The translations under genes were made by a program, and so were the position numbers. Shown here piece after piece: positions 37,684-50,730 of a DNA stretch of 64,000 nucleotides (its first letter is position 1; each line of letters starts with the position of its first letter). Source of the DNA: Xylographa opegraphella (taxonomy: Eukaryota); contig JALDZX010000002.1 in NCBI GenBank assembly GCA_022813865.1, positions 1-64,000 on the forward strand, in the 5' to 3' direction. The notes under the pieces were generated by a model, which had not been told where the DNA came from, did not search any database, and worked only from the letters and a program-made list of their open reading frames with translations.

Positions 37684-39144
37684 ATGTCTGTGCTGTTGGA
37701 GACTTCCGTCGGTGATATAGTAATAGATCTGCTAGTGGAATACGCACCAAAGTCCTGTGAGAAGTAAGTTTCCTCATACCTACGCATCCTGTGCCAACTG
37801 AATACAGATTAACTAAGACTTCAACCATTCTTCCAGCTTTATTAAGCTCTGCCAAGTCAAGTACTATAACTTTGCGCCTGTGCATAGTGTCCAGAAGAAT
37901 TTCTCTCTCCAAACTGGCGATCCAATAGGACCTGCGTCAACCAGCAGTGATGGAGGATCCTCAATTTGGGGCCTTCTCAATGGCGCAGCAAGAAAGACTT
38001 ATGCAGCTGATTTTCATCCCAAACTGAAACATGCTGAGAGAGGAACAGTCAGTATGGCAACAGTTCCTGGGCCACGCGATCCTGAGGAAAGGGTTGCTGG
38101 CAGCCAGTTCCTCATCACCCTAGAAGATAACCTGGACTATCTTGACGGCAAAGCCGCGATATTCGGGAAGGTAGTGGAAGGCTTTGATGCTCTAGAGAAG
38201 ATCAATAATACTTTCACTGATGACAAGGGCCGTCCACTAAAAGACATCCGTATTCGGCACACCGTCGTCCTTGAGGATCCGTTCCCGAATCCGCCAGGTC
38301 TTGTTTTGCCAAAGGAAAGCCCATTACCTTCGAAGGCCCAACTAGCTACAGTACGTATCGCTGATGACGAGGAAATCGATGAGTCCGCCGATGAAGAAAC
38401 ACTGGACAAAATGCGCCGCGAGAGAGAGGCCAGGGCACAAGCTTTGACATTGGAGATGGTTGGTGATCTGCCATTTGCTGAAGTCAAGCCTCCCGAGAAT
38501 ATTCTCTTCGTATGCAAACTAAATCCAGTAACACAAGGTAAGTAATCGAGTGGATCTGCCCTCTATTGCGAAACTAAGTACGTCCAGACGAGGATTTGGA
38601 CCTCATCTTCAGCCGTTTTGGGAAAATACTATCGTGTGAAGTTATCCGAGACAAAAGAACAGGGGACAGTCTGCAATATGCATTCATCGAGTTCGAAAAC
38701 CAGAAAGACTGTGAGCAGGCATATTTCAAGATGCAAGGCGTTTTGATTGATGATCATCGCATTCACGTGGACTTTTCACAAAGTGTCTCGAAACTATCAG
38801 ACACATGGAGGACAGCTACAAATTCCAGACGGGCTAGCCAGAAGGGAGGCTTTGGAGGTATTTCAGGCCTGGAGAAGAAAAGACAGTACAGGGCAATGGA
38901 TGCTGGAAATAGTCGGAGTAATGGTTATGGAATGGTTTTTGATAAGGAAGATATACGCAAGGGGCGAAAGCGGGATGTAGACTCTAGTGACATGCCGCGA
39001 CACGATAGTAGGAGCCGAAGCCCATTGAGGAAACCACGGGCAACAAGGAGTCCTTCGCCCAAATATGACTGTAGGAGTAATAGGAGCAGAGGAAGCGGAA
39101 GAGGACATGACACGGACCCTGAGAGAAGACGGAGGAGACATTAG
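37684..39144 (+). CDS. PPIL4: Cyclophilin-RRM protein (PPIL4/Rct1), 3 exons
   Basis: [63 protein letters not shown], and an RS-rich tail. Confidence 0.95.
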
Positions 39145-39548
39145 TTGAAGGCGCTGCTAACATGCATTATACCCTGGAGTTTTGAGCGATCACTGTATTA
39201 AATGTTTCCCTTTAGATGCTTATAAGCAACGTAAGCTACCTAGTACCTATGGTACCTTAGGAGGTACCTTTTGAATTATGAGGCATGCATGAACTAAGAA
39301 CGAATGGAGCACCAATGCCTTCCGTCATCAAACGTGCTAGCTCACTTTTCGATGCTTCCACCCGAGACTGAAATAGGAGTCAATTCTTTCATCCTATTTG
39401 AACACAAAGGATATTAGCCTTATGTTTCTGCTTAGATCCGGATCTCGGTGAAGTGTATACGCTTTTGATGAGAAAAACATAGTCCTGTAGCACATCGTAA
39501 GCACAGAGACAATAGACGATCTCATTAACGTCTCAGACCACGGCCACG

Positions 39549-41191
39549 ATGAACACCATTATGGAGAGGTTACATTTGTCGTCCAAGAGCGAGGAGGGTG
39601 TTCCGGCTAAAGAGCCGAAGGAAGAAGATCTGAAGGAGCTTCGAAAGCAATATGATAAAGCCAATCAAGGGCATGTCTTTGCTTTCTATGATGAGCTCGA
39701 TGTAAAGGACAGGGCGGCCTTGTTTAACCAGCTGTCCACCATTGATCCCGATCACATTAACGTACTTACCGAGAAAGCATTGCATCCTCCTAAGCAGTAC
39801 TCAGCCGAGGAATTAGCCAACATGCTGAAACCATTACCAGAATCTGCAGTTGCTTCCATCCTCGACTCGAAGTCGGAGGACATTGAGTCATGGTATTCCT
39901 CTGGTGTAGACCTGGTTGCCGAGGGGAAAGTTGCAGTGGTCCTGATGGCGGGTGGTCAAGGAACACGACTCGGCAGTTCGGAACCGAAAGGCTGCTTTGA
40001 CATTGGCTTACCCAGTGGCAAATCGCTCTTCCAGATTCAAGCTGAACGGATTTGGAAGCTCCAGCAGCTAGCTGAAAAGAAGCATGGCAAGAAGAACATT
40101 GTCATTTCGTGGTACATCATGACAAGTGGTCCTACGAAAGGTCCTACAGAAAAATTCTTCCAAGAACGTGACTACTTCGGATTGAATAAAGACAACGTTG
40201 TCATCTTCGAGCAGGGAGTTCTGCCTTGTATCTCGAACGAAGGCAAGATCTTACTAGAGACGAAGGCAAAGGTAGGTACGACCCGGTTTCAACAAATGCC
40301 ACTACATTACAAGGCTGAAATCTATCTACAGGTGGCTGTGGCTCCTGATGGCAATGGAGGCATCTACAAGGCACTTCTAATGTCTGGTGTGCGGACAGAT
40401 ATGCGGAAACGTGGCATCGAACACATACATGCTTACTGTGTTGATAATTGCCTAGTCAGAGTTGCTGACCCGGTATTCATAGGCTTTGCAGCCTCGAAGG
40501 CTGTAGACATTGCTACAAAGGTGGTTCGTAAACGAAGTGCTAAGGAGTCCGTAGGCTTAATACTGCTCAAGAACGGCAAGCCTGATGTCGTTGAATACTC
40601 GGAGATCGACGAAGGCACCGCTGAAGCCAAGGACCCCAAGCAACCCGATGTCCTCAAATTCCGAGCCGCCAATATCGTTAATCACTACTATTCGTTCCGA
40701 TTCTTGGAAAACATTGAAGAGTGGGCGCACCAGCTTCCCCATCATGTAGCCCGGAAGAAGATTCCCTTTGTCAACACAGATAATGGAGAGATCATCAAAC
40801 CAGAAAAGCCAAATGGGATCAAATTCGAGCAATTCGTTTTTGATGTATTTCCAATGCTTGAATTGGAGAAGTTTGCGTCTTTAGAAGTGAAACGAGAAGA
40901 CGAGTTCTCGCCTTTGAAAAATGCTAAGGGGACTGGGGAGGACGATCCGGATACGAGTAAGAAGGATATTCTGAACCAAGGGACGAGATGGATTGAGAGT
41001 GTTGGCGGTACTGTTATCAGTGACGAAGAGATCGGGGCGACGGGAGTAGAGGTCTCTCCGCTGATCAGCTATGTAAGTCTGGCATCGCGATATTATAACC
41101 ACATTATTAATAGAACTTGTAGGGAGGCGAGGGCTTAGGATTTCTCAAGGGTAAGGAAATCAAAGCCCCAGCTGTCCTAGAGCGCGAATAG
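39549..41191 (+). CDS. QRI1: UDP-N-acetylglucosamine pyrophosphorylase (UAP1)
   Basis: [52 protein letters not shown], and final exon SY|GGEGL...ERE*. Confidence 0.96.
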
Positions 41192-42022
41192 CGCGCGGCA
41201 TCTTTTGGCGATAGCACTTCCTCGAGGTTGTTGATCAGCATTTTCTATCATGTTTTGGTCTTGAATGATATAATGAGACAACGGCAATACAAAAACTCTA
41301 ATCTTCTGGACTGCCGATCGAATAGTGTAACAGTTATAATAGACACAGTGAACAGTCGAGACAGTTCCAGACAATCTCCCGTTAAGTAAGGTAAGGTAGG
41401 GATCCCACAAATCTTCCGAGCGTAGCTATACCGTGCAATCTGAGGCGTCAGGCTAAATATTGTCGGCCTGTACTTCCCCCGCGCCGCGGTATCGCTCTCG
41501 TCTTCGGTCCGAGATCGCGTCTAGAAGAATTAGTAAGCGCTACGGCTTAGTTAGCTCAGGTCATTTTCCGACTCCGAGGAAAGGCATTTTTCAATATTGC
41601 TAGCCATATTGCAGCCCGTGGTTTGACGTGCAGAGAGGAGGTTTAGGTCTTCGGAGGGCAGGAAGGATAGTGCTGTTGAGGGAGGGAGTGCTAGCAAAAC
41701 AGGTACGTATGTCATGAATCGGCGACGAGCCCTGTGTCTCTTCGTGCTGGCACACATCCACTGACTTTTAGCCTATGTGCAGGACGGCTTAAAGGATATC
41801 TGCAGCTGGATTTCTAAGGTAAGTGGCCTACGCCACTCTGTCTGTTTACAGTATTCTGTCGCCTCATTGAACTCAGCACTTCTGAGAATTTCTGAAGCTT
41901 TCTGCGATCCCTAGAACAGCACTCATAATGCACCAGGTTTGCCTGGGAGAAACTCTTCGGGGATTCGAAATCCAAAAACTCGGAACTGACATTGGCAGGA
42001 TTGAACAAAAGGAACTCCAGAT

Positions 42023-43016
42023 ATGTCTACACTCACGCGACGCGCATGTTACAAGTGTGGCAATGTCGGCCATTATGCGGGTCCGTTGTACAGCCATTCT
42101 TGATTGGTCGTATCACTGCTAAATTTGCTTTAGAGGTGTGTTCTTCATCGGAACGCCTGTGTTACAACTGTGAGTTTTCAAAACGGGTGTTACGCGATCG
42201 GGACTGACATTTGTAAAGGTAAACAACCGGGTATGAATGCGGCATATAGCAGTTATTGAGTATGACTTTATGTTGCTGATAGGGAAACAGGACACGAGTC
42301 AAATGGGTGCCCGCATCCTCGAACTACAGAGAGTGAGATACCAATGGCGAGCTATCTTCCAAAGGATTACTGTCGCTGACAGTGGAGTGCAGCAAAGCAG
42401 TGTTACCACTGTCAAGGCTTGGGCCATGTGCAAGCGGATTGTCCCACGCTGCGTCTGAGTGGTGCTCAGTCTGGCGGACGTTGCTATACCTGTGGTCAGC
42501 CGGGTCATCTTGCTGTCGGTAAATTCTTTGTCTGATTGGAAGAATGTATTGACTCTGTTGTACAGCGCGCTTGCCCCAATGCAGGTTTGCAGGCCGGAGG
42601 CGGTCTTGGCCGTGGTGGTATGGCGCCTCGCGGAGGCTTTGGTGGCGGTTTCCGGGGAGGCTTTACCGGTGGTCCCCGTCCTGCGACGTGCTACAAATGT
42701 GGAGGTCCTAATCACTACGCTCGCGATTGCCAGGCTCAAGCTATGAAGTGTTATGCTTGTGGCAAACTTGTAAGCCGCTTTGCGTGGAGTTTTGTCCTGG
42801 TGTACTAAGTTGACTCAGGGACACATCTCTCGCGATTGCACTGCTCCTAATGGTGGCCCACTCAACGCTGCCGGCAAGGTGTGCTACAAGTGTGGTCAAG
42901 CAGGACATATCTCGCGAGATTGCACTACGCCTGAAACGAATGGACAACCGGGTATCGAAGCGGTAGATGCGCTTGTCCAAGCCCAGCCCGCGATCACTCC
43001 GACAGTCGTTGTCTAA
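42023..43016 (+). CDS. CNBP/Gis2/Byr3-like protein with seven CCHC zinc knuckles and an RGG box; includes a 12-bp exon (42219-42230)
   Basis: Splicing gives CYKCGNVGHYAEVC, CYNCKQPGHESNGC, CYHCQGLGHVQADC, CYTCGQPGHLARAC, an RGG region, CYKCGGPNHYARDC, CYACGKLGHISRDC and CYKCGQAGHISRDC. Confidence 0.93.
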
Positions 43017-43764
43017 AGCGATACTATCACCGTATTTCTTGATGTGGTTGAACGCAATGTCCTACATCCATCTGTTTTGATCTCTATTAGTCTTATTCAT
43101 TGCATTCTTTCCTTTCCCAATCATTATTAGCGATCGTGGAGTTTCTCATAGTGCGAGCAATCTGGCCTTCGTCTCTCCCGCATCTAACGTTTATGACAAC
43201 CCAAAAGTTACCTCAATCTCACTTTACGCAACCGCATCTCGGACCGTTACGAATGGCGCCAACTCTGTATTGTATTGGTTTGCTTCTGCTTCCGCGACTA
43301 AAGAGCAAGATATGACTTAGACGGAGGAGGGACAATGCGCAGTGGCTAAAAATACAGAGGAGGCTTGTGGAGACGTAATTTTGATCAAGATGTTCAAGTG
43401 GATGATCGAAGATTTCAATGCAACCTGTTTTTGTACCCCGCTTGGTGCAGGCCTGGATATGGAATTTCGAGTTTAAAAGAAATATCTCGTTGGTTGTCCA
43501 TTTCGATATCATCGCTGCAGATAGCTTAATATCTTCGGAGTGTACTAAGTCTTCCGCACTGCTTTAAGCGTCGGACGATTAGTTTCGGTAGCCAACTTGT
43601 CCCAACTAAGCCTAATCGTACCCTAAGCTCCAACTTGATATTCAAACTGAAATTTCTGCTTCTATTCCCATTTTGAAACGTAGTTTCATCAAGATAGGAA
43701 AGATTTTCATTGATTCTACTGTCGCCAAAACATCGATAGCTGGGGCCAGTTGCTCTGCATCTTT

Positions 43765-45655
43765 ATGTCGTGTTCTCCGGGAGACGAGGAGCTAGACGAC
43801 GAGGTTCAATTCATGCTGAATGGTTTTCATTCCATCACGAAGCTTATACGAACTACACAGGAATTTATCGTTGACATCGATGGGATACAGGCTCATGGTA
43901 TATCTCCTAGATACCCCAAGTATAGTGGGTCATACTCATGGATTGCAGGCGTTGGCGCTGCGGATATCATCAAGCTGAAGACGAACGGCTACTACACGGT
44001 CACGGTAAGCTGTGACCATGTGACTGGCGCGCCTTATTGACAGAATCTCAACGATAGTCTGTACATGCGGCTACCCGGAAAACCTTGCTCAAGATCAAAG
44101 GATTCAGCGAGGTCAAAGTGGAAAAAGTGAAAGAAGCGGTTGCTAAATGCTTGGTCAGTCCGTCTTTGACTGGCAGTCTGTCTTTGGAGATTTGTATACA
44201 TTCTTCATTGGTTACAGATCTGATAACTGGCAGCCATCTGTGTCAGGATTCATTACTGCAGCTGAGCTAGGTCACCAGCGAAAGCGTGTTGTGCGTATTT
44301 CAACCGGTAGCAAACAGCTAGATGCTATCCTCGGAGGGTATGATTTACTGTTATGAGCCGGAGAGTATATGCTAATATGTGACAAGAGGATTCCAAAGCA
44401 TGAGTATCAGCGAGGTATGTCCCGAGCTCAGGAGTTCCCTCATGCTAATCCTTGTAACAAGGTATATGGCGAGTTCCGTTAGTACTTCTGTTGACACTGG
44501 ATCACACCATTCGTATGCTTACAGTATGGAGGATGTGGAAAGACGCAGCTCTCGCATACCATGTCTGTCATGGCTCAGGTTAGTCGTGTAGTTAGGTTAT
44601 ATCACGAGTCCTACTAATGACACCAGATGCCCAAAGTAGGCTTCCCGCCTCATATGTTTGAATGAGACCTAAAGGACTAGGAACTTGGAGGTGCCCAGGG
44701 TAAAGTTGCATACATAGGCAAGTCTCTCCGACTACGGTGCATCTATTCATTTTTCGAAGACTCCATGCTTAACAGATACCAAATTTCAGACACCGAAGGT
44801 ACCTTTAGACCTGAAAGGTAGATTCCTCTTCGAAGTCAAAACTCTCACCGGTACTGATTCAATGTGCTCTTAGAATTGCTCAAATAGCGGAGAGGTTTGA
44901 ACGTGAGGACGCGAAATCTTTGTAAACGGCTTTATGCAGCTGAGATCTCAACCCAAGTGGATCCTGTCGAAGCACAAGAGAATATTCTCTATGCTCGCGC
45001 TCTGAACAGCGAGGTTTGTTTAGCAAGTATATGTTCTCGATTCAAATAACGGCTAACATCGGAAAGCATCAACTGGAGCTGCTCAATACACTTTCTCAGT
45101 CATTCGCAACTAATGAGTATCGTCTACTCATCATCGACAGTATAATGAATTGTTTCCGTGTGGACTACTGTGGTCGTGGAGAACTTGCAGATCGCCAGCA
45201 GAAGCTGAATCAATTTTTGTCCAAGTTGGCTCACGTTGCTGAAGGTGTCTATCACCTCTATAGTCTTCTTCCATTATCTACTGACATACTGCCAGAATTC
45301 AATGTCTGCGTTCTTATGGTACGGTTATTGTAGACCATGGTGACGATAAGCTAAATCGAACAGACAAATCAAGTTCAGAGCGATCCAGGTGCCAACGCAT
45401 TGTTCGCAAGTGCGGATGGCCGTAAACCAGTCGGAGGCCATATACTTGCCCACGCCTCGACAACTAGAGTCTTGCTTCGCAAAGGCCGCGGCGACGAGCG
45501 CGTGGCAAAGATTCAAGATTCACCGGGTACGTGATCTCCTTATCCTCTTGACCCTCTTAGTGGAAAATGGCTGACTCCGCACATCAGACTGCCCTGAACG
45601 CGAAGCAACCTACATCATCACAACTGGCGGCATTGCAGACCCTGAAAAGATCTGA
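43765..45655 (+). CDS. DMC1: Meiotic recombinase Dmc1, 17 exons
   Basis: [39 protein letters not shown] (Walker A), [33 protein letters not shown], and [12 protein letters not shown]. Confidence 0.95.
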
Positions 45656-46586
45656 TCTTCACGGTCAGCAGGTCATCGAATGAGGGTGCGTGGAAGTAAT
45701 GGATTGGAATCAAAGAGCTAAACGTCTTATTCCAAACTCCGAATTTTCGAGCGTTGCTGGACAATTGTTTTTGACCTTTCATGGAGGCAATTGCAAGATC
45801 AAATCTCTGTTCATCTCTTGTCACCATTAGCTATATCATTCATCGTTCTGCCATTTGCTACGTGGTCAGCAGCTTTTGTATGACGCTGTACTCAGCTCAG
45901 ATAGATCACTTCCAACGTAGCTATCCAATACGGTCCAAGTGGTTCATTATACTTTACTGGTAGATCGAGCTCCTAGTTCTTGCCGGCATGCCCCTTCCAC
46001 GTAGAGTGAATACGTACTACGCGGACCCCAACAGTACGCCGCGTGACCCCTTGAGGAGAAAGAGCACAGTCCACCTACCTGCACCACGGTCTTATTCACG
46101 TATAGCACACAGAACATTCCACAATCATGGCGAGTCACACAACGGGCACACACGATGAAGCAGCAAGAGGATCACATTACTCTTCCGCCTCGATCTCCAA
46201 ACGCCCATCGGAATCTATCCGACAAGCGCGTGGAGTAGCGACGGGGAGTCGATAATCTAGCTACACTAGTCTACCATCTGCCGCACCCTTGAAGCTCAAA
46301 TAGTGCAGGAAAAAAACGTCTCAGCGCCCATTGCTGGCGGAGGAAATATCACAACCAGCCAAGCCAAGCCTCCCCGCCGTGAAAAGAAGATCGTAGCTCG
46401 AACCTCGCACGTGGCGATGCAGATCCCGGCCGAACGTCCTACCTTGCGGGGGCCAAGCTGCAAGAAAAGAAGATCTAATCATACGTGAATATCGTAGAGC
46501 ACCGAACGCGCTGTGCATGTGCCCTGGAACCATGCAACCCTCACTATCCAGCGCCTTCCGGGCCCCGTGCCACAATGCAGACCATC

Positions 46587-49500
46587 CTACACCACCAGGA
46601 ACCTCACCCCGCACAGCAGACTCGCCTCCTTGAACCAGCCCGTGCGCTCCGCCTTCACCTGGCGGACTTTGTCCGGAGCGTACGTGATCACGCAGTCGTC
46701 GTTCAGTGCCGAAGGCTGCCACTGCGCAGCGGCCGATGACGCCGACACGGTAGCTAGAAGAGTGGGCTTCCTGCTTGGTTTCGGGGTCGCGGTGGGGACG
46801 ACGCGCGTGCGTTTGGGAGCGGGAAATCCGTCGGGGAGCTCGGGACTGAGGGAGCCGAGCGGGGAGAGGGAGCCGAGCGGGGAGAGCGAGCCAGAGTCGT
46901 GAGCTGAGGCGCACGGTGCCGGGGTCTGGGAGCGGGTGCCGATGGTCGAAAGCAGATTGGACGGGAGGCGTAGGATGAGAGGCGTGTGCACGCCCATGGT
47001 CCCGTGGCATTGAGAGCGGGTGCGCTTGAGTGGGTTTCCTGGTGTCAGAGCAGAGCTTCGATGGGTGTAGTGTACTGCTAGGTTAGCTGCTGATGGGTTC
47101 ATGGAAGGCCCTGGCGCTGACTCCGAGGGGCGGCTGCGCCGGGTCAAGGGACTTGTGTACAGGTCAGGCTTTTCGATGGTGATCTTGGTCGTTTCTTCGT
47201 CTCTAGCAGCGTACTCATCGAGGACGACCTGTCTGATTGCTTCGATCTCTTCCGCTTCTGTCAGCTTATTGGTTAGCACGTTGATGTATCCCATTCTTGA
47301 CTTTTTCTTCTTCTCTTGCTGAACATCTTCTGGAGCGCGGATGGCCCTGTTATTATCGATGTCGGTCACATCATCGGCCACAAGGGAAGTGTCTCTTGTT
47401 CGCCGTTGGTGCTTCTCCTCTTCATGTTCCTCCTGAACTTTCTTTAGCGTCTCACGGTCGGAACCTTTGTAACATTTCTGAGACATATGGTTTGGCTTGT
47501 CTCGATTTGTAGAGATTGGTGCACGTGAAGTTCGACGGGCGCAGCTTTTTGAGAGCTGTCTAAACTGTGGGCTGGCGTCTCCTTCGTTCTTCGCATTTCT
47601 TGAACTTGCAAGGTCAGATACGTGGTTTTCTACAGGCTGAGATTTTGGTGAATTTAGTCGATTTCCTGCTTTGGTGAAGAATTCTGTCCATGCGGATCTA
47701 GAAGCACTCGTGTCTCTCACTCTGGACTGATAGCGAAAGGCAGGATTGGATGCTGGGCCTGAGCCTCGATAGAATGGATAAGGACGTGGGCGGTTGGTAC
47801 GCTGCTGCGGCGCTGAGCCACCTGCAACAGGTCTCAATGGAGTTGGGGTTCCACTGGCCCTTGCTAACTGCACAGGACCAGATCGCCGACGCCGAGGTGC
47901 TGACGGTGTGGTGGAAGGAACAGATGGAGCAGGAAATATACCACCGCTTTGAAATACGATGGGGGTAGAAACAGCGATACCACTAGCTTGTTGCAGTGTG
48001 ACTTGCGACGTTGTAGATGCCTGTCGTCGTGGCGCAAGAGAAGAAATGCCTGACTGGACAATTGCTGCATCTGCAAATACCTTGGCTCTTTGCTTGGCTA
48101 TTGGTCTGGCTCGGGGGCGGTCTCCCTGCGAAACGGGTAATGACTTGGGTACTTGGAGCGTAGTCTTCAGACCGCTTTCTCTTAATTCACTCGTACGCAT
48201 TCTTACTGGTTCAGAGAGATAGCCAGCCTCAGGGTTATCTTTCTTGCCATGACCTGCAGTTAGGACAACATCAATGATACCATACGTTTGGCCTCCTCCC
48301 TTCTGTAACTCTTCGACTTCTATGGGCATCTCCAACTTGGAAAGACTCTTTAAGTAATTTCCAAGAATGGATAGATCACCCCACTTGTTTCTACTTCCTC
48401 GTTCAGCTTCTTCTTCGAGACTATGTGACACAGCCTTCCATCGCTGATGGGCACCAGTGTCGTCTCCTTTTCCACCTCTGTGCTCAGTTAGGGCACCATC
48501 AGCATCCTGCTCAGATGGCAATAGTATCCAAGGTCGTTCCAGGAGACGATCTACACGCCTTCCACCAAATCGTTGGGTGAGCTCTGCAATAGATGAATCG
48601 GATCTCATACGTTCAGGAACATAACATGAAGCACACAATTCGCCGTTGTAGTAGATGTCAATCTTGATATCAAGGGCTCGTAACTTCATTTGCGGATATG
48701 GGTTGGGCAAGAACGACTTCTTTGAAAGCTGTACTGTCAAACAGAGAGCTTGGGGTTTTAGGTCATGCAAAGAAGGCATGCAATGCTTTGCTGTTCGGTC
48801 TGGAGAGAGCGCCGATGACTGTGGGCTTGTCTGCGGCTGTGGCATAGTTTCGTTATGCTGGCCTATAAGCTGAGACAGGTGTTGAGGATTGATTCCTTCA
48901 CAGTGTGCAGTAAGTCCCTCCATATCGTGTGCGAATGACTCCTGCTTCCTGTTGAGATCCTCGTCTTCATCCATGGCTGAGTAGTTACTTGTTTGATCGA
49001 CTGAGCTGAGGTCGTCAGCAATAATGGAATCCGCAGAGCCAGTTTTATTTGGATCAAGAGAAGGAAATGCTGCGTCGTTCTCCACATATTCAGGAATTGT
49101 TCGATTCAATGGTTCAGTACGCTCTCTGTTGGGAATTTTCGAGGCATTGAGGCTTCGGCCAGCTTTGACCATGAGGAAAGGCATATCTTGATGAGTACCC
49201 AGGAATTGTAGACGGTCTGAATGTCTGTCGTCCATCAACAAAGGAATTTCTGCGAGGGGCCTCTCTCGTGAACCCCTCTTGAGCTCATCTTCAATACTCT
49301 GGTAATGGGTGACTTGCTCTTTACCACGCTGGTTGATGAGTGATCTGGTAGTTGAGTCCTCAAGGTCAGCTGCGGAGAGCTTGATGGTGATAGCTCCACA
49401 CATGTACGAAGGCATAGCTGATAGATCCAAGCCTGTGGATCAATCCTGTACCGGGTTACCACGGTTGTACGTCCCACAGGATGCGATGAAAGAAATGGAG

Positions 49501-49667
49501 ATAGAGTGGCGCGAACGCGTTGGCTGCAAGCGTGGAATTTTCAGGCGTTTAGGGCTTTGCAAAGCGTCCGTGAATGAGAGGGGGGTAATTTGCGTTAACG
49601 AGGGGATTTCAGGTTGAGAGAAAATATTCAAGAGAGGCAACACATATTCGAATAGATTGGCAGACAT
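46587..49667 (-). CDS. Large hypothetical protein with conserved-looking central and C-terminal segments
   Basis: 947-codon ORF with DIKIDIYYNGEL, RFGGRRVDRLLERPW and a C-terminal DCVITYA..VRQVKAERTGWF.E...GVRFLV. The 5' exon from 49667 via a 45-bp intron is inferred; an alternative start is 49415. Confidence 0.75.
46840..46890. repeat. 18-bp coding tandem repeat encoding (SLSPLG)2-SLSP
   Basis: GGGAGCCGAGCGGGGAGA units are visible in tandem. Confidence 0.8.
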
Positions 49668-49881
49668 GCCTGAACTGCACATCCCAAGATGATGTCTAGA
49701 CAAATGCAACTTGAAAGAGTCCGAGTCTGCTTTCGGCACGAAATGCTCCACCAGACATGCCAACACTGCGCGAGACTCAATTACCGCCACAGCGTAATTT
49801 TGGTAGCGTCGAGTGCCTTTTTGCTCTTATTCATCCACAACTTACAATCTGGAGATGGTCACCTTGGGATCCAACGTTTGG

Positions 49882-50730
49882 TTACCCATAACCATTGTTG
49901 CCAGAGGAGTCTAACGCCGCGCCCAGATCCACAAGAGTCCGCTCATAGACCCGGGCGACTTCCATCTCCCATCCACCATGGTTAGCGTCGTCGTCAAGTC
50001 CTTCCATCATGTCGTCGTCTGTCGTCAGAGCCTCATCGGTTTCTGTCACCCTCGATTCTCCATCAGCACTCCCGACTTTGCCTGCAGCCACCACGACTGC
50101 GATCCTGGTCCGCTCAACCAGCCCTCTTATTCTTACTTTCTCTGTCGTGGTCAGTTTGCCTCGTCCGCCATCGAAGCCAGGCAATGCTTCACCAGTTTCG
50201 ACATTGTGGCCGTGCAAGAGAGATGAGAATGAAATGTCAAGCTTCTGCAAAAGCCGGAAGGTTTGCGGTGGAGAAAACGGGAAAGATGGAAGATATGTGG
50301 TTACCGCTAGTGCGATGTTGAGTAAATACGGGGTTTGCAAGGAAGCTACTGAAGTCTAAGACTATTGGACAATGATCAGAGCAGAGTACATACGTGTTCC
50401 AGACACCCAAATCACATCCATTACGTTTTCAAGATCGACGGCCAGTTGTCCAAAATTCTCATATCCGTTAAAAGCCGGTGTCTGTTCCGAGTGCACGGCG
50501 TGTTCGCGCGAAACAACATTGAACCTTCGCTCATAGCGTCCAGATATCTCTAGCAACTTTTGATCAACATATTGGATTAGATTACTCTCTTTCGTACTCC
50601 CAGGCTTTAAAGGACGGTTTCGAGGAGTGGGAAGAACCGTGGGCGCTACAGAAGGGGCTGTAATAGTCGAAGCTGGAGGTGAGGGCAGGGTGGGATGGAG
50701 GAAACCTCCAGCCTCCGACTGATCGACCAT
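49882..50730 (-). CDS. TFB6: TFIIH-associated Tfb6-like protein, 2 exons
   Basis: LPTPR..PLKPGS.KES.LI.YVD, DVIWVSGT|xSLQTPYL, TF.LL.KLD..FSSLL, TEKVRIRGLVERTR and WEMEVARVYE match the fungal Tfb6 family as I recall it. Confidence 0.7.

Noticed and set aside
41819..41998. TPP riboswitch in a 5' UTR intron (CTGAGA present)
   Set aside because: It lacks the conserved CTTGAT...TAAT...GCG core, and the host gene is not thiamine related.
1632..50730. A functional DNA-repair or meiosis cluster (pol eta, Uls1-like, DMC1, Tfb6)
   Set aside because: The genes are spread over 49 kb among unrelated housekeeping genes, which is compatible with chance.
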